From IMG/VR virus record IMGVR_UViG_3300025018_000315, positions 1 through 36,352 of that record: a stretch of DNA of 36,352 nucleotides; one strand, written 5' to 3'. The stretch comes from a virus (taxonomy: Duplodnaviria; Caudoviricetes). Each line of letters begins with the position of its first letter. Position 1 is the first letter of the stretch. The notes below the pieces were generated by a model. The model had not been told where the DNA came from and did not search any database. It saw only the letters and a list, made by a program, of their open reading frames with translations. The translations under genes were made by a program, and so were the position numbers. Positions 7,609 through 13,515 of this stretch are shown here, piece by piece.

Positions 7609-7775
7609 TTCTTCCAAATAGTGTGATGATGTCGGACAGAGAACCGAGATTATCTACCTTAACTAGGTAGCTCTAAGAGGCTAACACGGTAAACCTATAG
7701 GCAGGGAGTCGGTCTTCCATAAGCCATACCTAGCTACTGCAAGTCTAACCTTGTTCATCACACTATTTGGGGGAG
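7609..7775 (+). ncRNA. Putative structured ncRNA closed by a 16-21-bp stem, with a tRNA-like 3' half
   Basis: ccaaatagtgtgatga (7614-7629) pairs perfectly with 7755-7770 and extends by G-U pairs on the + strand. A T-arm-like GCAAG-TCTAAC-CTTGT abuts the closing stem. Confidence 0.6.
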
Positions 7776-7835
7776 TTATGTAAAAAAAGTTCTATGAAGA
7801 AACAAGTAGCTCGTCCTTATAAACAAATAATATCT

Positions 7836-8306
7836 ATGGCAAAATCAAATGTTCAATTTACTAAGGATAATGAGTATTATTCGCCCAAAGAGTTTGTAGA
7901 TAGATTTGGAACTTTTGATTATGATCCTGCAACCACAAAAGAAAAGGCTGATGAGTTTGAAATACCTAACTACGACACAATAGAAACAGATGGGCTAGTG
8001 CAAGATTGGACGAAATATAACCGTATTTGGATCAACCCACCTTTTACACGAAAACACGAATTTATGAAAAAGGCTTGGGAAACATACCAACTTGCAAAAA
8101 ATGAAATATACATACTTTTTCCGATTGAGTTTCTTACAACCGCAAGATTTAGTAATTCAGTAGGGGGGGGGAAGCTCTTTATTCCGAATGGTCGTATAAA
8201 CTTTGAAAGTGGACTAGGAAAACAAGGAAAATCACCAGCATTTGGGAGTGTAGTTATGAGAATACAAGATACGTGGGAGATTGAATTTATAGAAAAAACA
8301 ATATGA
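7836..8306 (+). CDS. Phage DNA N6-adenine methyltransferase (Dam_2-like)
   Basis: EYYSP, FDYDPA, DGL..DW, catalytic WINPPF and GRINF motifs. Start probably ATG 7836 (track ORF from 7767). Confidence 0.88.
   Translation: MAKSNVQFTKDNEYYSPKEFVDRFGTFDYDPATTKEKADEFEIPNYDTIETDGLVQDWTKYNRIWINPPFTRKHEFMKKAWETYQLAKNEIYILFPIEFLTTARFSNSVGGGKLFIPNGRINFESGLGKQGKSPAFGSVVMRIQDTWEIEFIEKTI
8163..8171 (+). repeat. G9 homopolymer inside the adenine MTase gene (currently in frame)
   Basis: gta-ggggggggg-aag encodes VGGGK. Confidence 0.85.
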
Positions 8307-8327
8307 ATAAATTAAGCAAATAGTAAT

Positions 8328-8414
8328 ATGAATAAATTATACTGGTTCTCTGTAGGTTTTATACTTTGTGGTTTAATTTGGAGATTATATGATTGGTTTA
8401 TTATAGGCGTTTAG
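8328..8414 (+). CDS. 28-aa membrane micropeptide (not in ORF track)
   Basis: MNKLYWFSVGFILCGLIWRLYDWFIIGV*; start context aatatgaataaatta is duplicated at 8300. Confidence 0.4.
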   Translation: MNKLYWFSVGFILCGLIWRLYDWFIIGV

Positions 8415-8458
8415 ATCACCCCAAATACATGATATACTACCCTTAACGGAGGTGAATC

Positions 8459-8653
8459 ATGAGAATTGTATGTGGTTGTGACACCGTTATTGAACGTATC
8501 AATGACGGCAAGGATGCAGACTACCACGCCTTGTGTGATACTTGTTTCGCACAAAAAGGCGACTACACCAAGTCTTCGAGTTGGAAAGAACCACCGAGAC
8601 TTGAACTTGTCTTTACCGCTCCTACGGAGCAAAAAAGGAGGAAAAAACGATGA
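8459..8653 (+). CDS. Small zinc-binding protein
   Basis: CGC...HALCDTC; strong SD GGAGGTGA. Confidence 0.65.
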   Translation: MRIVCGCDTVIERINDGKDADYHALCDTCFAQKGDYTKSSSWKEPPRLELVFTAPTEQKRRKKR

Positions 8654-8790
8654 AGCAGATATCACTCTATTGTATGAATTGTTGCGGACGCACAATGTTC
8701 ATATTCTCTCACCGCAAGAGCAAAAAATGGCTCGTTTATAAATGCGGTCAGGGCTGTGACAATGAAGTGCTTGTCCAAGACGACATCTAA
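8650..8790 (+). CDS. 46-aa zinc-ribbon microprotein (not in ORF track)
   Basis: MKQISLYCMNCCGRTMF...YKCGQGCDN...*; SD AGGAGG; ATGA overlap. Confidence 0.65.
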   Translation: MKQISLYCMNCCGRTMFIFSHRKSKKWLVYKCGQGCDNEVLVQDDI

Positions 8791-8834
8791 CCTCTTCGGG
8801 GCGGAGTATAAACAGCCCCACCATTTTAAAATAT

Positions 8835-9146
8835 ATGACAAAAACACAATTTAAAAAAATAATGACCGAGTTAAAAGATTTGATAGAAGCATCAAGAAAA
8901 GTAAATAAAGCAATGAAAGAGTTATCACCTGATTTTGGAGGTTTTTGCAACAATAGAGCAGAAACATTGATAGTAGATATACTAAAAATAGCAATGAATG
9001 ATAAAGATGACTGGATAGAGTATTATATCTATGAGTTAAACTGGGGGACAGGAAATGACAAATATAAAGTATGGAAGAACGGAAAAGAGATACCATTTAA
9101 AACACTTGATGATTTGTGGAACATTATAGAAAAAAAGATAGGTTAA
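8835..9146 (+). CDS. Hypothetical phage protein
   Basis: Track ORF (DWIEYYIYELNWG). Confidence 0.7.
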   Translation: MTKTQFKKIMTELKDLIEASRKVNKAMKELSPDFGGFCNNRAETLIVDILKIAMNDKDDWIEYYIYELNWGTGNDKYKVWKNGKEIPFKTLDDLWNIIEKKIG

Positions 9147-9147
9147 T

Positions 9148-9786
9148 ATGAAATACTTTTCTACATTTACAGGAGTTGGAGGCATAGATATGGGACTACC
9201 TATTGAATGGGAATGTGTAGGTTTCTCAGAAACAGACAAATTTGCTTCACAAGTTTTAAAATATAAATACCCTAACATAAAAAACTATGGCAACATCAAA
9301 ACTATCAATTGGGCAATTGTATCCGACTTTAATCTCCTTGTCGGTGGAAGCCCGTGCCAAGATTTGTCTATTGCTGGAAAAAGAAAAGGGATCACTGGTG
9401 AGCGGAGTGGATTATTTACCGAGTTTATCCGAGCTTTACAAGAAAAGAAACCTGAGTATTTTATCTGGGAAAATGTTGCAGGTGCTTTATCAAGCAACAA
9501 CGGATGGGACTTTGCCGAAGTGCAAACTCAAATGGTCAAATCGGGGTATGAATTGTGGTGGCAAGTTCTCAACGCAAAACACTTTGGTGTCCCTCAAAAC
9601 AGAAAGCGTATATTTGTTGTCGGTACTAGAAACGGATGTCCCAGAAAAGTATTTTTTGAAAGAGGAGACAGTACAGAAGCTCCTAGAGTACACGAAACGG
9701 AACAAGGAGAAAGGGAACGGATTTGCAGCGAAACCAAAGAAAGAAACGGAAGTGATGAACGCACTCAAAGTGGGGGGGGGCTGTAA
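9148..9786 (+). CDS. DNA cytosine-5 methyltransferase, N-terminal part (motifs I-VIII)
   Basis: FTGVGG (I), GGSPCQDLS (IV), WENV (VI), PQNRKRIF (VIII). Stops just after the G9 tract. Confidence 0.9.
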   Translation: MKYFSTFTGVGGIDMGLPIEWECVGFSETDKFASQVLKYKYPNIKNYGNIKTINWAIVSDFNLLVGGSPCQDLSIAGKRKGITGERSGLFTEFIRALQEKKPEYFIWENVAGALSSNNGWDFAEVQTQMVKSGYELWWQVLNAKHFGVPQNRKRIFVVGTRNGCPRKVFFERGDSTEAPRVHETEQGERERICSETKERNGSDERTQSGGGL

Positions 9787-10219
9787 GGATGATCTAGTAG
9801 AAATAACACAAGGTGCTAGTCAAGGATATAGAGTATACGACCCACAAGGGTTATCAGTAAACATAGCAAGTCAAGCTGGTGGACTTGGAGCTAAAACAGG
9901 GTTGTATGCAATACCAGTTCTTACACCTGATAGACTGGAAAAAAGGCAAAACGGTCGCAGATTCAAAGAAGATGGAGAAGAAATGTTTACTATTACAGCT
10001 CAAGATAAGCATGGTGTATTTACAGGGAAAAGAATACGAAGACTTATGCCAATAGAATGTGAACCACTTATGTCATGGCCCAATAATCACACAAAATATG
10101 GCACTAATGAAAAAGGACAAACAGTAGCGATGTCTGATAATCAGAGATACAAAATGTGCGGAAATGGTGTTGTAAGTAAAGTTGCTATGTATGTTTCACA
10201 AATCATACCAACCACCTAA
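9287..10219 (+). CDS. DNA cytosine-5 methyltransferase, C-terminal part (variable region, motifs IX-X) in the overlapping +1 frame; true start uncertain
   Basis: LLSVLETDVPEKYFL, RIRRLMPIECEPLMSWP (IX), QRYKMCGNGVV (X). Confidence 0.8.
   Translation: MATSKLSIGQLYPTLISLSVEARAKICLLLEKEKGSLVSGVDYLPSLSELYKKRNLSILSGKMLQVLYQATTDGTLPKCKLKWSNRGMNCGGKFSTQNTLVSLKTESVYLLSVLETDVPEKYFLKEETVQKLLEYTKRNKEKGNGFAAKPKKETEVMNALKVGGGCKDDLVEITQGASQGYRVYDPQGLSVNIASQAGGLGAKTGLYAIPVLTPDRLEKRQNGRRFKEDGEEMFTITAQDKHGVFTGKRIRRLMPIECEPLMSWPNNHTKYGTNEKGQTVAMSDNQRYKMCGNGVVSKVAMYVSQIIPTT
9772..9780 (+). repeat. G9 homopolymer at the frame junction of the split C5-MTase
   Basis: caaagt-ggggggggg-ctgtaa; deleting one G joins the two frames. 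Confidence 0.85.
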
Positions 10220-10238
10220 AAAAAATAATTAAAATCAA

Positions 10239-10448
10239 ATGCAAGGTCACTACCACATCAGCATTAAAAAAAGAAAAGGAGTATATATAGCAAAAGTATA
10301 CAAAGATTACGAAAGTATAGGTGTCACGCAAGGAGAGAATGACCAGGATATATGTGAGATGATAGCCGACCTTATTATGACGTATCATGATGTGAAGTAT
10401 AGTAGGTGGCAGGTGCTGAGGAGATGGATGACTAATTTATTTTTATGA
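10239..10448 (+). CDS. HicB-like antitoxin domain protein (solo)
   Basis: YHISIKKRKGVYIAKV...VTQGENDQDICEMIADLI resembles the HicB N-terminal TQGET.EEA..NI.DAI pattern. Confidence 0.55.
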   Translation: MQGHYHISIKKRKGVYIAKVYKDYESIGVTQGENDQDICEMIADLIMTYHDVKYSRWQVLRRWMTNLFL

Positions 10449-10452
10449 AAAT

Positions 10453-10734
10453 ATGCAGGACATAAATATCTGTGGAAGAATTTGGAGGGTTGTAGAAGAT
10501 GGTACTGAGCATCAAGAAGGAAGAAGAGGTGCAACATATAAAGAACTACAACTTATTAGGATAAACCCATCTCTCCACCAAGATTTAAAAGATGTAACAT
10601 TGGTACACGAACTATTACACGCTTGCGCTGATTTTGTTGGAATAGAGGAAGAAAAACTAACAGAAGAAGACTGGATAAAACGAATAGCCCCCACATTTAC
10701 AAATATACTTAAAAACAATAATTTATTTATATGA
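10453..10734 (+). CDS. Small HExxH zinc metallopeptidase-like protein
   Basis: IRINPSL...TLVHELLHA...EE motif. Confidence 0.75.
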   Translation: MQDINICGRIWRVVEDGTEHQEGRRGATYKELQLIRINPSLHQDLKDVTLVHELLHACADFVGIEEEKLTEEDWIKRIAPTFTNILKNNNLFI

Positions 10735-11039
10735 AACTATATATAACTAGTGAACAATTAAACGAATTAAACAAGGAGCAACAAGAAGTATTTTACAAAA
10801 TCACTGAGGATACTGGAGGACATGGTATGTCTGGTTGTTGCGAGGTGTGTGAATTACCGAACATAGGACAAATGATTAAATTTCTTGGAGATTATTGGGC
10901 AGATGAATTAGTGGAGGAAGTAGACGAAGAGGACGGAGATGGTAACACCTGTGGAACATCTTTTTATTTTCCTCTTAATAGTGACTTGTGTGATTTGTTG
11001 TGGAGAGAGGTAAAACGCAAACTTAAAGATGATAACTAA
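10731..11039 (+). CDS. Hypothetical protein
   Basis: Track ORF (PNIGQMIKFL...LCDLLW). Confidence 0.7.
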   Translation: MKLYITSEQLNELNKEQQEVFYKITEDTGGHGMSGCCEVCELPNIGQMIKFLGDYWADELVEEVDEEDGDGNTCGTSFYFPLNSDLCDLLWREVKRKLKDDN

Positions 11040-11078
11040 CCCTTGACAGTTGGGTGTACTTCTACTACTAGATACTGT

Positions 11079-11330
11079 ATGTATCCTAAATACCCTAGAC
11101 CTAAGCCGAGAAGAGTGTATGTAGATGAGGAGCAATGGAGAGAATTAAAAGCTCATGTTGCAAAAGAGGGAACGAATATAAGCGAGTGGCTACGAGGTAT
11201 CATAACTAAAACAATTATTATTTCCATTTTCTTGCTTGTTGCTGGGTGTTTTCTCATCAATAAAAGTAAACAAGAAAGATATTCCCAAAATAATTTTGTG
11301 ATTATCTTGCAGGAAGTGTTTAATCAATAG
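11079..11330 (+). CDS. Ribbon-helix-helix (CopG-like) protein with hydrophobic C-terminal extension
   Basis: RRVYVDEEQWRELKAHVAKEGTNISEWLRGII. The track's TTG start at 11043 is more plausibly a -35 box (TTGACA). Confidence 0.6.
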   Translation: MYPKYPRPKPRRVYVDEEQWRELKAHVAKEGTNISEWLRGIITKTIIISIFLLVAGCFLINKSKQERYSQNNFVIILQEVFNQ

Positions 11331-11348
11331 GTGTGTTATAATGTGAGC

Positions 11349-11612
11349 ATGAAAATCTTTTATGCTTCACCAATAAAAAAGAAATACACCCATGTAAAAA
11401 AATATATGGATAAGTTAGATATTGAAGTGGCAAAGCTAGATAAGATGAGACAAATACATTGGGAGATTTACAACGATCACTTTATAGATACTATGGATTT
11501 CTCACATTTCATGGCTACACCAGAGCATGGTTGGTACATACACAAACAATATGCAGTAGTCGAAAAGATACTTGGTAAACTTATACAAGAACAAATAAAA
11601 AACACCTACTGA
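11349..11612 (+). CDS. Hypothetical protein, probably near-leaderless
   Basis: Extended -10 TGtTATAAT ends ~6 nt before ATG 11349 (track ORF from 11331). Confidence 0.6.
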   Translation: MKIFYASPIKKKYTHVKKYMDKLDIEVAKLDKMRQIHWEIYNDHFIDTMDFSHFMATPEHGWYIHKQYAVVEKILGKLIQEQIKNTY

Positions 11613-11626
11613 AAGGTGTTTTTTTC
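11598..11626. terminator. Bidirectional intrinsic terminator between the convergent arms
   Basis: aaaaacacct-actgaa-aggtgttttttt. Confidence 0.8.
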
Positions 11627-11747
11627 TACTCTACATTATCAGACCTTTTCAGGAATAACATAGGTAGGGATATAATCCTAGCCACTAGACCGATACTATC
11701 AAGATGCATCAATTAAGACACCCTGCATACTTCTCGGGAGTAGTATC

Positions 11748-11987
11748 TTACTTTGCGTATTTTGAAATAAGTTTTTGTCCTGCAATAGTTCCTGCTACAA
11801 GTACCAGCCGTAAAAAAGTAACTATACCAGAAACAATAAGTGTTGAATCTACTTGTTCTGGTTTAATTCCTGATAAATCGTAACTTGCTACTAGTGTTCC
11901 AAAAATTGGTAAGAATACTGATGCAAATGTAAACGCTGAACTTTTTAAAAAATATTTCCAATCTTTCTTTTTGTCTAGGTAGTTCAT
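11748..11987 (-). CDS. Putative holin (two TM segments)
   Basis: Two hydrophobic helices; overlaps the endolysin stop. Confidence 0.55.
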   Translation of the reverse strand: MNYLDKKKDWKYFLKSSAFTFASVFLPIFGTLVASYDLSGIKPEQVDSTLIVSGIVTFLRLVLVAGTIAGQKLISKYAK

Positions 11988-12697
11988 ATAACTTCTTTAG
12001 GTGATTTAAGTGGGTTTTTTAATACTTTTTTCCCTGTATAATACCAATCGCTTGATGTCATATCATAGCGTTGCATGACTATATCTTCCTGATAAAAATG
12101 TGGCATAGGGTCTATTGGTACATAGTTCGTCCATTTTCCATTAACCTTTTCTCTTTTTCGTAGTTCAAAATGTAAATGTGCACCTGTTGTATATTTGCCT
12201 GTATTACCACATATACCTATGACTGCTCCTGCTCGTACTGTTTCGCTGTTAAACAGGCTGTTTTTGCCCATTTTAAAGGTACCGAGTGACCGCCAGTATG
12301 CTTCTAGGTGATAATATAATGTTTGATATTGTACTTTTTTTCCGTCTTCCTCCATTTCATCGGTTGTTACTTTCACATACCACCCCCTAGATCTATCATA
12401 TTGAAAGATATTAGTTGTGAGTTGTCCGTCGTGGGAAGCAACACAAGGGATATATCCTGCTCGTTCTAACTTGGTGGCATCACTACGCTTAACTTCTCCT
12501 ACCTTTCCCTCCGTCCAATCTCCTACTCGTTGCCACTTGTTAGCATGTTGTGTTCGGAAGTCTATTCCAGAGTGTCCGAGTGAACCGTAAAATAAAGAGT
12601 TCTTATTTTCTCCAAAAAGTTGTGTGAGGATAGCTACATGTCCTCTATTCATGAAGTGAGTTTGAATTGGTGAGCGTAGTTTCATGTTATCCAACAT
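11984..12697 (-). CDS. Endolysin, peptidase M23 family
   Basis: LTQLFGEN, HSGIDF, LYYHL, GNTGKYTTGAHLHFE and PIDP motifs. Start may be ATG 12685. Confidence 0.9.
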   Translation of the reverse strand: MLDNMKLRSPIQTHFMNRGHVAILTQLFGENKNSLFYGSLGHSGIDFRTQHANKWQRVGDWTEGKVGEVKRSDATKLERAGYIPCVASHDGQLTTNIFQYDRSRGWYVKVTTDEMEEDGKKVQYQTLYYHLEAYWRSLGTFKMGKNSLFNSETVRAGAVIGICGNTGKYTTGAHLHFELRKREKVNGKWTNYVPIDPMPHFYQEDIVMQRYDMTSSDWYYTGKKVLKNPLKSPKEVI

Positions 12698-12806
12698 TAG
12701 GTTGATTAGGTAGCTTGTATTTTGGTTTAGGTTTTTTTTTTGGTTTAGGTTTAGAGGTAATACTGATTGTCTTACCTGTTTTTTTATTTGTAAATTTGAG
12801 TTTCAT
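12687..12806 (-). CDS. 39-aa Lys/Pro-rich basic micropeptide (not in ORF track)
   Basis: MKLKFTNKKTGKTISITSKPKPKKKPKPKYKLPNQPNVG*; fills the gap in the lysis operon. Confidence 0.5.
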   Translation of the reverse strand: MKLKFTNKKTGKTISITSKPKPKKKPKPKYKLPNQPNVG

Positions 12807-12948
12807 ATAGTCTTAATAAAATAGATGTATGATTTTCTATGTTTTTAGTTGTTTGTGCTGTCTTTCTTATGTAGTATACACCCAAAAAGGCTAGGTACAA
12901 AACAATAATAATAAACAGGATTCGGATTACTTCTGTGACGTATTTCAT
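12784..12948 (-). CDS. 54-aa single-TM protein (not in ORF track)
   Basis: MKYVTEVIRILFIIIVLYLAFLGVYYIRK...QIYK*; starts 1 nt after the upstream stop. Confidence 0.6.
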   Translation of the reverse strand: MKYVTEVIRILFIIIVLYLAFLGVYYIRKTAQTTKNIENHTSILLRLYETQIYK

Positions 12949-12949
12949 A

Positions 12950-13282
12950 TCATTTTAGTTTTTTCTCCAAAATCATGTCAATTTTAGTTTCTATTCTTGC
13001 CATTCTATCTGATACAAAAGACAACTTATCATTAAATATATCGTGAAGTTTTGAATTAGCTTTAGACCGTTCGTCTATATCATCAAGCTGTATAGTGTGT
13101 CTACTTATGTCTCCTTGTAGTTTAGCGTGGTTAGTATCTATTTCTATTCTAAGTTGAGTATGATTACGATCTATCTTTTTGTTAATACTAGCAACCCACT
13201 TAAACGCACCGATTATAAATCCGCTGACAGTAGCAAGCAACCCTAGTGTAACAGTTGTATCTGGTGTTAGTGGGTTTGCCAT
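12950..13282 (-). CDS. Holin-like protein (N-terminal TM + coiled coil)
   Basis: TM VTLGLLATVSGFIIGAF; C-terminal RMARIETKIDMIL; located in the lysis cassette. Confidence 0.55.
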   Translation of the reverse strand: MANPLTPDTTVTLGLLATVSGFIIGAFKWVASINKKIDRNHTQLRIEIDTNHAKLQGDISRHTIQLDDIDERSKANSKLHDIFNDKLSFVSDRMARIETKIDMILEKKLK

Positions 13283-13283
13283 A

Positions 13284-13493
13284 TTACACAGTATCTAAAC
13301 CGAGCTTAACAGCCTCTGCTTTTCTTTTTTCCCACACAGCAATTTGTGCGTCTATTGATGCGGTAAGGTTTGTTTGTTGTGTTTGTAAATCTTGTATAGC
13401 AGAAAGTATTTCTATCCAAGTCCATGTTAATTCTTGTGGAACGTTTGTTGCTTCTTTTAATTTGTTCCCCTCTGCCGTGTATGTTGTTTCCAT
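13284..13493 (-). CDS. Small coiled-coil protein (possible fibre chaperone)
   Basis: Directly downstream of the fibre gene; heptad pattern. Confidence 0.55.
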   Translation of the reverse strand: METTYTAEGNKLKEATNVPQELTWTWIEILSAIQDLQTQQTNLTASIDAQIAVWEKRKAEAVKLGLDTV

Positions 13494-13515
13494 ATTGTTT
13501 TAGTTAATTATTAAA

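Noticed and set aside
8300-8339. Duplicated aatatgaataaatta giving mini-ORF MNKLSK*
   Set aside because: Most simply a recombination scar at gene starts; no evidence of function.
12732-12741. A10 tract (- strand) in the basic micropeptide as a phase-variation site
   Set aside because: Long A/T runs are common in this AT-rich genome and here simply encode Lys codons, unlike the two exceptional G9 tracts.
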